Source: Sphingomonas sp. (GTDB taxonomy: Bacteria; Pseudomonadota; Alphaproteobacteria; Sphingomonadales; Sphingomonadaceae). Taken from it: DNA of 64,000 nt. The DNA is taken from NCBI RefSeq assembly GCF_965200105.1, contig NZ_CBDATN010000003.1:225863-289862 (forward strand). The letters run 5' to 3'. Numbering within the stretch: the stretch's first letter is position 1; each line of letters starts with the position of its first letter. The notes below the pieces were generated by a model. That model saw only the letters and a list, made by a program, of their open reading frames with translations, was not told the origin of the DNA and searched no databases. A program made the position numbers and the translations under genes. Of this stretch, positions 1 through 9,131 are shown piece by piece.

Positions 1-1005
1 CTGATAGTTGCCGTACCAGAGCGGCAGGCCCGCGTTGTTCTTCAGGTCCATGATCGTCGGCAGGACATCGCTGTTGAGCAGCCAGCTCGCCTGCGTAGGC
101 ATCAGCATGCGCGCGAACATCCGCGCGAGGTTCGATGCGGTGACGGTCGCCGCCGTCTGGTTCGCGTCCTTCGCGACCGCGATCATGGCAGGCGACTGCA
201 TCCAGCCGAGCGGCTTCTCGATGCCGTCGCCGTACATGAAGGCGTCGGCCGCCTTCCAGCGGATCGCAGCGGCGGCGTGGTTCGTCAGCAGCGTGCCGAC
301 GCGCGGCGCGTCCTCCAGCAGCTCCTCGGTCGCCAACACGAAGGCGTAGAGCTCGTTCAGCTTGGTCTCGCGGGGCGTCAGCGCCATGCGGCTGGGCAGC
401 ATCTGCTCGCCCTCCGAACGCCAAGCCGCGACGATGCCGCTGTTGCCCCAGGGCGTCGTCTCGTCGCCAAGGCCGACGACGCGGTTGGACGAAGTCGGGT
501 CGGGATCGATTAGGTCCATGACCGGATCGTTGCCGTCGTCGAAGACGAGGTTGACTATCTGCTGGCGGAACTCCGCCGGCACGAGGTAGCTGCCCGCCGC
601 GTCGCCCTGCTCCATGTGGACGTTGCCCGGCGCGGCGAGGCGATCGTCCATGCGGAAGCTGCCGCCGGCGGCCGGATTGGCGAGGCGCACCGCCTGCGCG
701 AACTCGGCGAGATGGCCGAAGCCGCCGTCGTCGAGGCGTGCGCGTGCGCCGGGGATGATGATAGTGGGCGGCGCGGTCGCCGGCGGCGTCGCGACCGGCG
801 TGGCGCCGACTGCGGCGGCGGCCGTCATCGCCTGCTCGGCGCGCTGTATCTGCGCGGTGAGGCGTGCCAGCTGGGCCTTGTCGTCGGCGTCCGCCGTCTC
901 TTCCTCGGCGGTGAGATCGCGCTGCTCGTCGATCGCCGCCTGGAGGCGCGTCTGCTGCCGCTGGGCAACCGCACGCGCCTCCGCCTTCAGAACCGCAAGG
1001 TTCAT
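1..1005 (-). CDS. Phage major capsid protein, HK97 family (3' end outside the window)
   Basis: Not in the ORF track. ATG at 1005 after GAAGGA. Open frame MNLAVLKAEARAVAQRQQTRL...GSYLVPAEFRQQI...ELYAFVLATEELLED...AFMYGDGIEKPLG, with a coiled-coil N-terminus and HK97 capsid motifs. Confidence 0.9.
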   Translation of the reverse strand, partial: MNLAVLKAEARAVAQRQQTRLQAAIDEQRDLTAEEETADADDKAQLARLTAQIQRAEQAMTAAAAVGATPVATPPATAPPTIIIPGARARLDDGGFGHLAEFAQAVRLANPAAGGSFRMDDRLAAPGNVHMEQGDAAGSYLVPAEFRQQIVNLVFDDGNDPVMDLIDPDPTSSNRVVGLGDETTPWGNSGIVAAWRSEGEQMLPSRMALTPRETKLNELYAFVLATEELLEDAPRVGTLLTNHAAAAIRWKAADAFMYGDGIEKPLGWMQSPAMIAVAKDANQTAATVTASNLARMFARMLMPTQASWLLNSDVLPTIMDLKNNAGLPLWYGNYQ

Positions 1006-1091
1006 GATGCTTTTCCTTCGTGGTGGTGGGCGTGCGCCCGCGTCATCCGGATCACCGCGATCCGGACGTCATCCCCGACAGCGGGGAAGCT

Positions 1092-1967
1092 TCAGATGGC
1101 GGCCGCCATCTCGTGAACGGCCGCCTGGCGCCGCATCAGCGACAGCCGGGCGCGGCTCGTGTTGACCTTGGCGACGACGTCGCGGAGCGACATCACGCCA
1201 TCGATGGCGCCGTTCGCCGCCGCGCGCGGCGCGGTGAACGTCTTGCCCTGCCCGTGCACCGCCGCGACGTCGGCCGCTTTCATGCCGCGACCGCGCGCGA
1301 TCGCCTCCACGAAGCGCTCGTTGGACTCGTCGACCTGGGCCTGGATCTCGGCGCGGTCCTCGTCGGAGAGCGGCGCGTTGGAGTGAGCCGCGATCTTGTC
1401 GGGGCTGGACGCGATCAGCGAAGTCTTCAGCCCGACCTTGTCCTGCAAGCCGGAATAGTCGGTGTGCCCCGAGCGCACGCCGACCGAGCCGACCTCGCCG
1501 CTGGTGGTGGCGTAGAAGGCGCTGGCCTGCGACGCCAGCCAGTAGGCGGCGGAGAAGCAGAACGGATCGGCGACCGCGACGACGGGCTTGGACTGTCGCG
1601 CCTCGAAGATGGCATCGCCGGCCTCCGTGCAGCCCCAGACGTAACCGCCGGGCGAGCGGATCGGCATGACGATGGCGCCGATCTTCGTGTCGGACGCGGC
1701 CTCGCGCACGCGGTTCGCGATGGCGTCGTAGTAGGTCCGGCCCGACAGCCCCTGCGGCGCGAGCATGCCGGTGATCGGCAGGATCAGCGTCGAGCCCTCG
1801 CGGATCGGATCGGGCTGCTTCGCCGTCAACGGCTCGCCGCTCATCATCGCGGCGAGCTGGCGCAACGTGTCCGGCAGCACGGCCTCGACCGAGCCTTGGC
1901 GCAGCATGGCATCGAGGAACGCCGGGTGCATGGCGAACAGCGCGGACGAGGCGAGCAGTCGGTCCAT
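1092..1967 (-). CDS. S49-family (SppA/ClpP-like) head maturation protease
   Basis: IRSPGGYV, CFSAAYWLASQA and GEVGSVGV motifs; lies between portal and capsid. Start taken at MDRLL. Confidence 0.88.
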   Translation of the reverse strand: MDRLLASSALFAMHPAFLDAMLRQGSVEAVLPDTLRQLAAMMSGEPLTAKQPDPIREGSTLILPITGMLAPQGLSGRTYYDAIANRVREAASDTKIGAIVMPIRSPGGYVWGCTEAGDAIFEARQSKPVVAVADPFCFSAAYWLASQASAFYATTSGEVGSVGVRSGHTDYSGLQDKVGLKTSLIASSPDKIAAHSNAPLSDEDRAEIQAQVDESNERFVEAIARGRGMKAADVAAVHGQGKTFTAPRAAANGAIDGVMSLRDVVAKVNTSRARLSLMRRQAAVHEMAAAI

Positions 1968-1968
1968 A

Positions 1969-2214
1969 TTAAGCCGCCATCGACGGCATGCGCGCAACCA
2001 CTTCTTGCCTCATAACTCGCCAGAAGGGATTGTCGCGCGGTACCGTGAGCATGCGTGAGACTACGATAAGGGTTGCCACCGCGCCATCGGCGTACTCAAC
2101 CCGCACGACATCGGTTCCAGCACTACTGTCACGGGACAACAGCTTGAGCTTAGGCTTCATTTGAGCCGCATCAGCAGCTAGCTTGAGCGAGAATGGACTA
2201 GGTTGGCGCTTCAT
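1969..2214 (-). CDS. 81-aa orphan protein between portal and protease
   Basis: Fills the gap exactly (5 nt after the portal stop, 1 nt before the protease ATG). Visibly more A/T-rich than its neighbours. Confidence 0.55.
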   Translation of the reverse strand: MKRQPSPFSLKLAADAAQMKPKLKLLSRDSSAGTDVVRVEYADGAVATLIVVSRMLTVPRDNPFWRVMRQEVVARMPSMAA

Positions 2215-2219
2215 CTGTC

Positions 2220-3485
2220 CTACTCCACCTTGTCATGCGGGGCGGTCTCTCCGCCCGTGATCGTATCGCCCGCGTGGTTGCTGTTGAGCGGCGTGCGCGG
2301 ATCGTCCGACCAGCTCTCGCCGAGCGCGGCGAGCCCAAACCATGCGGTGCGGATCTCGTCGACGCTCATGATCGAAGCGGTGCGCGCCAGCACCGCGTTC
2401 CGCCACTGCGTCGCGGCGTCGCCGCGCAGCATGCTGTCTAGGTTGAACTTGGCGCGGACCCGCTCGGCGCGCAGGTCGGGCGGCAGCAGCCGCACCGTGA
2501 TCGCCTGCTCGATGCGCCTGGTGAGCGGGCGCACCGCCCAGTTGACGAAGCTCCGCGTGTCCTGCTCGTTGTTGCCTGCGTTGCCGCCGTCGTCGCCGAT
2601 CATCGAGCGCGGGATGCGCCAGTAGCGCGCCATCTCCAGCGTGCGCTGCTTGATCAGCTCGGCGGTCTGGGCGTCGACGTTGTTGGTTGCGGCGGGCAGG
2701 TACTTCAGGCCCTGCTCCAGCACCGGTGTTCCGCCATGCTCCCAGCGCTTCACGCCGACCTTCAGGCGCTCGATCGCTTCCAGCGAGAGCTTCTGTTCGG
2801 TCGAGAGCAGACCCGACAGCCGCCGTCCGTTGCGGAAGAAGGCGCGCGCGCCGACCTCGAGCGCGAGCTGGAAGTCGATCGATCCCTTCGCCTGCTTCCA
2901 CGGCGTCAGCGGCCGGAGGCCGCCGTCGGCGATGCCGGTGAACCAGAACAGCTCCTGCGGGAGCAGGCGGCGCGCACCGTGGTCGGACGCATAGTCCACC
3001 ACGAGGCTGCGCTCGCCCCACTGCGAGGTCGTGCGCGTCGGATCGAGCGCCCAGATCTCGATGCCGTCGACACCCACCGTCGGTTCCGCAAAGGCTTCGC
3101 CGCGCAGCACGGCGGCGTATGCCATCGCCGCCCAGAACTCGGCGCCGGTCTGGAGGTGGTTCGGCTCGTAGGCCAGGGTCTGGGCAAGCGGGAAATCGGT
3201 GCGCGGCTTCGTGTCGTCGCGGAACTCCAGCCCGAGGCTGCCGATGGCCTCGGCGATGATCGACACGCAGAAGAACACCGCCGCCACGCGTGCCGCCGTC
3301 TCGGGCGTGTTCGCCTCGGTCGGGAGCGACCCGATCAGCGTCGACCAGGTGTCATCACCGAAAAAGCGACCGTCGGTCACATTGGACGGAGCGGGCCGGC
3401 CGGTAATCGGCGCGGCCGCCATGATCCCTCGCGCCGACGAGAAGCGATAGGTCGCCTCGCGCCGGTAGTCTTCGGGCGTCGGCAT
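2220..3485 (-). CDS. Phage portal protein, HK97 family
   Basis: VFFCVSIIAEAIGSL, YEPNHLQTGAEFW, FFRNG, EMARYWRIP and KFNLDSMLRGD portal motifs. Confidence 0.93.
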   Translation of the reverse strand: MPTPEDYRREATYRFSSARGIMAAAPITGRPAPSNVTDGRFFGDDTWSTLIGSLPTEANTPETAARVAAVFFCVSIIAEAIGSLGLEFRDDTKPRTDFPLAQTLAYEPNHLQTGAEFWAAMAYAAVLRGEAFAEPTVGVDGIEIWALDPTRTTSQWGERSLVVDYASDHGARRLLPQELFWFTGIADGGLRPLTPWKQAKGSIDFQLALEVGARAFFRNGRRLSGLLSTEQKLSLEAIERLKVGVKRWEHGGTPVLEQGLKYLPAATNNVDAQTAELIKQRTLEMARYWRIPRSMIGDDGGNAGNNEQDTRSFVNWAVRPLTRRIEQAITVRLLPPDLRAERVRAKFNLDSMLRGDAATQWRNAVLARTASIMSVDEIRTAWFGLAALGESWSDDPRTPLNSNHAGDTITGGETAPHDKVE

Positions 3486-5173
3486 CAGACGATCACCATC
3501 GGACGTTCGTCGTAGACGCTGCCGCCGGACGCCTCCGGGTTGCCGCTCATCAGCTTCACTGCGTTGAACAGCGCGACGAGCGGGTCGATCTTCGCCTTGC
3601 CGGCAACCTGCTTGGTGATGACCACGGCGTTACCCCGCTGCTCAGCCTTGGCGTTGCCGACGCACCAGTTCATCAGCGCCTGGTCCGCGTGGACGAGCGT
3701 GCCGTCCTTGAGCTTGCGTTCCGCGCCCCAAACCGCCGGGGACAGGCGGAAGCCCTGCGTCACCGCCACCATCTGCTTCTCGGTGAAGCCGCGCCCCGCC
3801 AGCTCGTCGACCAGCGCGGCGATCCCCGCCGGATCGAGCCCGATCGCGAACTCCTCCGGGAACAGGCCAGCGTCCTTCACCCGCTCCAGCAGGTCCGCCA
3901 CGCCGATCAGGTCGGCCGTCGGATCGTCGCACTTCGTCAACTGCCCGGCGCGACGGAAGTCGTCGAGCCGGCTGACGATGTCCTTCCGGCGTTCGAAGAC
4001 GTCCAGCTGCGCCCAGGCATGGCACCATGCCAGCCACCGCTTCGTCGTCCGGCAGCGTCCGAGCAGGGCCAGGCCAAGCAAGTCGTCGAGGCCGCCGCCG
4101 TCGATCCCGGCCACAACCACCTCGGAGCGGTCAATCAGCGTGTCGAGCGTCAGCGCCTTGTCGGTCGCCTGCTCCCAGTAGAGGCCGCCGGCCCAGGCAT
4201 CGTGCCGCAGGCCGATGCCGATCTCAACGTTCAGGTGCTTGGCGTAGAAGACGGCCTTGGTGCCGTCCTCGGCGTTCTCGACCTTGCGGAACTCGGTTTC
4301 CAGCCACTTCTGGCTGACCGATACGCCGAGGTTCGGGTTGGTGATGTAGAAGTTGGCCGGGTCGAGGTGCTCGCCGGCGGCGAGCATCTCCTCGGGGAAT
4401 TCGTACAGGACGGGCAGGAACTCGGCATCCGCGATGACGCCGTCCCGCACGTCGCGCGCGTAGGTGAGCTTGTCCTTGAAGACGCCCGCCGGCGGCTTGT
4501 CCGACTGCGTCGTGAGGAAGACGTTGTAGCCTTCGGCGCGCGACACCTGTCCGCCGGTCGCCTCGCCCAGCATGGCGTCGGCGTGCGCCATCTCGCCGAA
4601 GAGCCACAGCTCATCGACCAGCACGCGGCTGCCCTTCTTGCCCGCCACCGTCCGCGCATCGGCGGCTACCACCTTCAGCACCGCCTTGGTCGTTCGGTGC
4701 GTGATGAGCCGCAGGTGATCCTGGACGTGGAGGAGCTTGGACAGGGCGGAATCGACCCGCACCATCGCCGCCGCCGCCTTGAAGCTGTTGCCGGCGACTT
4801 CGATCGTCGGCGCCAGGATCAGGTTCTCGTCATACTCCCGCCAGCCGCAGATCAGCTCGGTGAGCATCAGCCCGGCCGCGATCGTCGACTTCGTGTTCTT
4901 CTTCGACACCAGGAGCAGCGCGTTCCTGATGAGCTGGTCGCCGGTGTCGGCGTCGTAGGCACCGAACAGCGCGGCCGCGAAATCGAGGATCCACGGTTCG
5001 CAGGCCTCGCCGATCGTCGGGCGGCCGGGAATATCGGCGATGCGCAGCGCGGTGAATACCGTCATCTTCGCGTCGGCCGAGCCGGGGAACAGCGGCGAAA
5101 AGGGGATCAGCGAACGGCGTTCCCGAATGCGCTCCTTCCAGTCCGGGCACGCCGTCGTCCAGATCGGCGCCAA
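3485..5173 (-). CDS. Terminase large subunit
   Basis: Walker A-like VSKKNTKST, Walker B VLVDELW, nuclease motifs [10 protein letters not shown] and KIDPLVA. TTG start abuts the upstream stop. Confidence 0.95.
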   Translation of the reverse strand: MAPIWTTACPDWKERIRERRSLIPFSPLFPGSADAKMTVFTALRIADIPGRPTIGEACEPWILDFAAALFGAYDADTGDQLIRNALLLVSKKNTKSTIAAGLMLTELICGWREYDENLILAPTIEVAGNSFKAAAAMVRVDSALSKLLHVQDHLRLITHRTTKAVLKVVAADARTVAGKKGSRVLVDELWLFGEMAHADAMLGEATGGQVSRAEGYNVFLTTQSDKPPAGVFKDKLTYARDVRDGVIADAEFLPVLYEFPEEMLAAGEHLDPANFYITNPNLGVSVSQKWLETEFRKVENAEDGTKAVFYAKHLNVEIGIGLRHDAWAGGLYWEQATDKALTLDTLIDRSEVVVAGIDGGGLDDLLGLALLGRCRTTKRWLAWCHAWAQLDVFERRKDIVSRLDDFRRAGQLTKCDDPTADLIGVADLLERVKDAGLFPEEFAIGLDPAGIAALVDELAGRGFTEKQMVAVTQGFRLSPAVWGAERKLKDGTLVHADQALMNWCVGNAKAEQRGNAVVITKQVAGKAKIDPLVALFNAVKLMSGNPEASGGSVYDERPMVIV

Positions 5174-5728
5174 CTACTTCACCACGCCGAGGCGCGGCGG
5201 CCCGAGCGGTCGGAAGCGCGCGGCCATCTCGTCCGCCTCCGCCTGCTCCGCTGCCTTCTTGCCCTGCGGTGCGGCCGCTTCGTTCAGCGTCTTCAGCGCC
5301 AGCGCGAGCGTTTTCAGCGTGTTCGCGCGGCCGGGCAGGCTGACCGCTCGCATCATCGCGTCGCGCCGGGCGTCATCCTCGTCATCGTCCGTGGCCGCGA
5401 CGATCATGTCCTCCAGCTCGCCACGTCGGCTCGTAGTCACGTCCAGCTCGTCGAGCATGCGATCGACGAGGCCGCGCCCGCCGTTGGCGATCGCGTCGGC
5501 GTCGCGCACCTCGTCCGGGTTAGTCGGCGGAGGCGGAGGCGGCTGGCGCTCAGGTTCGCGCCGGTTCGGAGTGCGAACCTTGCGAACCCACTTCCCGGCT
5601 TTCGCCCGCTTCCGAATAGCCGTGTCGCTGATCTCGTATCGGTCGGCTATTTCTCGGACCGAGTCCTCGCCTGAACAGTATTCGCGCTCGATCCGCGACC
5701 ACTCCTCAGTCGTCTTGCGCGTCGCCAT
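5174..5728 (-). CDS. Putative terminase small subunit (N-terminal HTH)
   Basis: MATRKTTEEWSRIEREY...SVREIADRYEISDTAIRKRAK HTH; C-terminal FRPLGPPRLGVVK; directly upstream of terL. Confidence 0.65.
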   Translation of the reverse strand: MATRKTTEEWSRIEREYCSGEDSVREIADRYEISDTAIRKRAKAGKWVRKVRTPNRREPERQPPPPPPTNPDEVRDADAIANGGRGLVDRMLDELDVTTSRRGELEDMIVAATDDDEDDARRDAMMRAVSLPGRANTLKTLALALKTLNEAAAPQGKKAAEQAEADEMAARFRPLGPPRLGVVK

Positions 5729-5769
5729 CGAAGAGCCTTTCGCGGCGAAAGTTCGCACCGCCGATCGTC

Positions 5770-5849
5770 TATCAGGAAAAAAATCTTCGCGTGGCAACGG
5801 ATGCGGTCTAGGTGGCGGCGCCCTGGCAGGTTTTGACCCCGCCCCCCCT
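5770..5849 (-). other. Putative cos/packaging-initiation region
   Basis: Non-coding gap between HNH and terS with a G-run (GGGGGGGCGGGGTCAAAACC) and a T-run (GAAGATTTTTTT) on the minus strand. This is the usual cos position in HK97-like phages. Confidence 0.4.
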
Positions 5850-6212
5850 TCATCGACCGAGGCGGCGCGCCGCGTTCTCCTCGCGCTGCTTCACGCTATC
5901 GTGGCAGGGCTTGCAGAGGCACTGGAGGTTCGTCTCGTCCCAGAACAGCGCCTCGTCGCCTCGATGCGGCTCGCGGTGGTCGGCGGCGAGTTGCGACGTG
6001 TCAGGCTCGATGAGTCCGCAGATCTGGCAGGTGAACAGGTCGCGCACGAGAATGGCCCAGCGCAGCTTCTGCCACCGTGCCGTCTTGTAGCGAGCGCGCC
6101 ACGGGTTCGCCTCGTCGCGCGCCCTGCTGCGTCCAGCGGCGTCCAGCGGCAGCGCGCCGAGCCGTGAGGGCAGCGAGCCTAGGCGGCGCGGAAGCGCTTG
6201 GAGCCTACCCAG
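5850..6212 (-). CDS. Packaging-associated HNH endonuclease
   Basis: RDLFTCQICG...ADHREPHRGD...WDETNLQCLCKPCH. The frame extends upstream of the listed ORF as (L)GRLQALPRRLGSLPSRL...ARWQKLR; start codon uncertain. Confidence 0.85.
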   Translation of the reverse strand: MGRLQALPRRLGSLPSRLGALPLDAAGRSRARDEANPWRARYKTARWQKLRWAILVRDLFTCQICGLIEPDTSQLAADHREPHRGDEALFWDETNLQCLCKPCHDSVKQREENAARRLGR

Positions 6213-6372
6213 TCGCCCTACCCCGCACCACCGCGCGCACCTCGCGGGCGATCCGTTCGCCCTCGGCGATCAACCGCTCACTGCGCTGGATGGAGCGCGA
6301 AGGCTCGGCGATGTCGAAGGCGAGCGCGTGCAGGTCGGATGCGAGGCGTTCGAACTGCTGCGCCTGCTGCAT
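6205..6372 (-). CDS. 55-aa hypothetical phage protein
   Basis: Below the ORF-track cut-off: MQQAQQFERLASDLHALAFDIAEPSRSIQRSERLIAEGERIAREVRAVVRGRATG, with helical character and GC-rich third positions. Confidence 0.5.
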   Translation of the reverse strand: MQQAQQFERLASDLHALAFDIAEPSRSIQRSERLIAEGERIAREVRAVVRGRATG

Positions 6373-6476
6373 CGGCCCCACCTATGGCATAGCGTAGCAC
6401 AGCGGCCCGCGCGCTTGGTCGCGGTATCCGGTCGGTGAGGGCGGTAAAGCTCAAGGCCAACCAGCTCTATGCTCAC

Positions 6477-7160
6477 CTATGCTGCTAGAGCAGCGGCGCC
6501 CGATGGGGCTGCGCCAGCATTTACATCGTCTCCGATCAACAGCCAAGAGGCGATCTTCACACGGAAGGTGTCGTTGAACACCACCTCTGCATCGTTGCCA
6601 GACACGCGATCGACGACGCCATGCAGGCCGGCGAACGCGCCCTCGGTCGGGTGGACCTCAGATCCGACCTGCACTGTGTGACGCTTCGTCTTGAGCATGG
6701 CGCGACGCGCGCGGTCTTCCGCTGCCTGAAGGTGGCCGATCTCCCTGTCCGCCACCACGGGAGCGCGACCGGCGTGCTGGAAGATCGAGAACGCCGGATG
6801 CGGGTTGATCGGAAGCGCGAGCGCGCGGAGCAGGTCATGAAGATGGCTCGCGCGGACGAAGACGAAGCTAGGCACGATCGGCGCCTGCTGCTCGCGATAC
6901 GCCTTTCGCCGGGGCAGTCGGTGGCGAACGGTCTGCTCGGGCGTCCAGGCTTCGATGCCCGCGCGGTTGAGCGATGCAGCCAGCGTAAGCGTCCGGCGGC
7001 TGTTCGTGCGCACGATGCACCAGCCCTCGCCGTCTCTCTCGCGCCGACGTCGGCGGACGTCCGCAAGCCGGGCGTCGCGCACATCCGGGCTGCCCTTGCT
7101 CGCATCGCCGTACCTCGTGTCAGCCTTCCCCATGATCCACCCCGCTACTGTCTTAAGCAT
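6477..7160 (-). CDS. NusG-family transcription antiterminator (NGN + KOW)
   Basis: GWCIVRT, GIEAWTP and PIVPSFVFV NGN motifs; VGSEVHPTEGAFAGLHGVV KOW motif. Confidence 0.8.
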   Translation of the reverse strand: MLKTVAGWIMGKADTRYGDASKGSPDVRDARLADVRRRRRERDGEGWCIVRTNSRRTLTLAASLNRAGIEAWTPEQTVRHRLPRRKAYREQQAPIVPSFVFVRASHLHDLLRALALPINPHPAFSIFQHAGRAPVVADREIGHLQAAEDRARRAMLKTKRHTVQVGSEVHPTEGAFAGLHGVVDRVSGNDAEVVFNDTFRVKIASWLLIGDDVNAGAAPSGAAALAA

Positions 7161-7181
7161 ACCTTGTTCGCTGTGTGTTCG

Positions 7182-7940
7182 CTATGCCGCCTGGGCGGAT
7201 GCGACGGCATCGGTGCTGCCGATCGGCTTGGCGCGCCCGCGCGACAGCAGGCGCCGCCGCTCGTCCACCGCCGCTTGCGCTTCCTCGCGCGTCAGCCCGA
7301 GTTCGACGTAATCGTCGACCGTCGCTTCCGGCCGGCTGGCGGGCTCGGCTCGCGGCGCGGGCGTGACGGGCAGTCCCTGCTCCTGCAGGATCGCGGCGGC
7401 CTGCTCCGGCGTGCACACCTCCACAGGCGTCTCAACCGCCAAGGGCGCGGCCGGCGCTTCGGCCAGCATCTCCAGCTTGCGGAGCGCTTCCTGCCGTCGG
7501 CGGAGCGCCGGATCGGCCAACTTCAGGATCTCGCCTGCGGCCGGCAGGAAGCCGCGCTCCGATCGCATCACCGACTGATCGATCGCCGCGGCGAGAATGT
7601 CGGTCGGCACGTGCGCCAGCAGGCGCAGCATCTCGCCCAGCCACGCCGTCGCCTGCGCCTCGCCCTTCCGGTAGCCAGCGGCGAGCCACAGCACCGTCAG
7701 CCGGTTAGCCAGCCACCGCCGATCGCAGGCCATGCCGCTCTGCGCGCTGGCAAGCGCAGCTGGCAGGCGCTCGCGGTCGCGGTCGGTGAGCAGCGTGCGC
7801 GCTGCGGCGGCAGTCCAGCGCAGCCCGGCGCCCGGCACGTACTCGCTAGCCGTCAAGGCCGAGCCGATGCCGCGCGGCAAAGATGTCGTCGGCGGAGCCT
7901 CCACCGCGCGAGGGTCTTCCATTCTGACGAGTTCGCCCAT
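7182..7940 (-). CDS. Hypothetical replication-associated protein (helicase loader/inhibitor-like)
   Basis: WLGEMLRLLAHVPTDILAAAIDQSVMRSERGFLPAAGEI segment; occupies the lambda P position after the initiator. Confidence 0.55.
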   Translation of the reverse strand: MGELVRMEDPRAVEAPPTTSLPRGIGSALTASEYVPGAGLRWTAAAARTLLTDRDRERLPAALASAQSGMACDRRWLANRLTVLWLAAGYRKGEAQATAWLGEMLRLLAHVPTDILAAAIDQSVMRSERGFLPAAGEILKLADPALRRRQEALRKLEMLAEAPAAPLAVETPVEVCTPEQAAAILQEQGLPVTPAPRAEPASRPEATVDDYVELGLTREEAQAAVDERRRLLSRGRAKPIGSTDAVASAQAA

Positions 7941-8598
7941 GTTCCTGCTCGCTTATCCGGTTCAGCCATGCTTGCTCGAAGCTGATCCAGCCTCGTTCCA
8001 CGATCGTGTCGACGATCCGCCCAGGCGGCCATTCGTCGTCGGCGAGCCGGGCGAGCTTGCCGCAGAGAAGCTGGTAGGCGCGCGGCGTCAGCGTCTCCCG
8101 CTTCGCCTTCCGGTGAGCGAGGAAGCCGCCCCACTGGACGAACGACACACCGGCCGGCGGCGGCATGTCGCGCCAGCGCTTCCGACCCAAGCCGTCGAGC
8201 AGCGCGGCCATCGCCAGCTGCGCCACGGCGAAGCGGACACGAGCCGGAACCGAAATCGGATCGGCCTCGTGCGCGCGCGTCCCGCCCTCATGCGGGGTGG
8301 GATTAATTTTCTTAGGGGTCTGGGGATTTCTTTTATCAAGGGAGGGGTCGGCGTCACGCACGTCACGCTCCGTCACGCACGTAACGCGTGACACGCGTGA
8401 CGGCTTTTCGTCGCGATGCTTCCGCTGCCGGGCGGCGGCCAGATCGCGGACATGCTGCGCGCGACGCTCTACGACGATCTCGCGATCCATCTCGGCCTCC
8501 AGCAATCGCTCCGCGCGGCCAAGCGCCATCGCCACCTCGGCGACGAGCGCGGGCGGCGTGCCGGCTTCGATCAGGCGGGCGACGAGATCCGCGCTCAC
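7846..8598 (-). CDS. Putative phage replication initiator
   Basis: GTG start VSADLVARLIEAGTP; internal DNA repeats (iterons); C-terminal WGGFLAHRKAKR...IVDTIVERGWISF resembles DnaT-like replication proteins. Confidence 0.6.
   Translation of the reverse strand: MSADLVARLIEAGTPPALVAEVAMALGRAERLLEAEMDREIVVERRAQHVRDLAAARQRKHRDEKPSRVSRVTCVTERDVRDADPSLDKRNPQTPKKINPTPHEGGTRAHEADPISVPARVRFAVAQLAMAALLDGLGRKRWRDMPPPAGVSFVQWGGFLAHRKAKRETLTPRAYQLLCGKLARLADDEWPPGRIVDTIVERGWISFEQAWLNRISEQEHGRTRQNGRPSRGGGSADDIFAARHRLGLDG
8301..8402. other. Putative phage replication origin (iterons plus A/T-rich tract)
   Basis: CGTCACGC at 8352, 8361 and 8371, CGTAACGC at 8380, inverted GCGTGAC at 8386 and 8395; adjacent A/T-rich 8301-8340. 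Confidence 0.6.
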
Positions 8599-9131
8599 GC
8601 GAGGCGAGCCTCCGGCATCCAGGGCTGTGGCGTCACGCAATGCGGGATGTAGAGCGGGTGCTTCGGACTGCCGTTGCCGTTCACCGCAAGTGCGCGGAGG
8701 TCGGCGCCGGCACGCGATGCGAGCGCTACGGCAGCGCGATCGCGCGCGAGGTGCTGCCCATGATTGCCCCACGCACAGATCACCGGCTCGCCGTTTCGCG
8801 CGGCGCGAGTCAAGACGCCGAGCGTCACTGCATCATTATCCGGCCCTATCGGATCGATTACCCGCCTCATGTCGGCCGGCTGAGTGGCTCGAAAGGCGAA
8901 GAGGTTAATGACGCGAACGCCACCCTGCCCCCACGCTCGCGCACGAGAGACTAAGCCGGAAATGGTAGGGTCGAGCCGCTCGTGTGTCGCGGTGGAAGGA
9001 TTTAACATCCAAGCCACGAGCAGCGGCGATGGCGACCAGCGCCAAGTCAGTAGATAGCGGTATGCCTCGCAATCGCTGAACGACGCGGAGCAAGTTATGC
9101 CGGAAAGATCTGTGCGAGAGAAGTGCCTCAC
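8595..9131 (-). CDS. DUF1643-family protein
   Basis: YRYLLTWRW, WMLNPSTAT...DPTI, NLFAFRATQP, ICAWG and GSPKHPLY motifs. Confidence 0.85.
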   Translation of the reverse strand: MRHFSRTDLSGITCSASFSDCEAYRYLLTWRWSPSPLLVAWMLNPSTATHERLDPTISGLVSRARAWGQGGVRVINLFAFRATQPADMRRVIDPIGPDNDAVTLGVLTRAARNGEPVICAWGNHGQHLARDRAAVALASRAGADLRALAVNGNGSPKHPLYIPHCVTPQPWMPEARLA

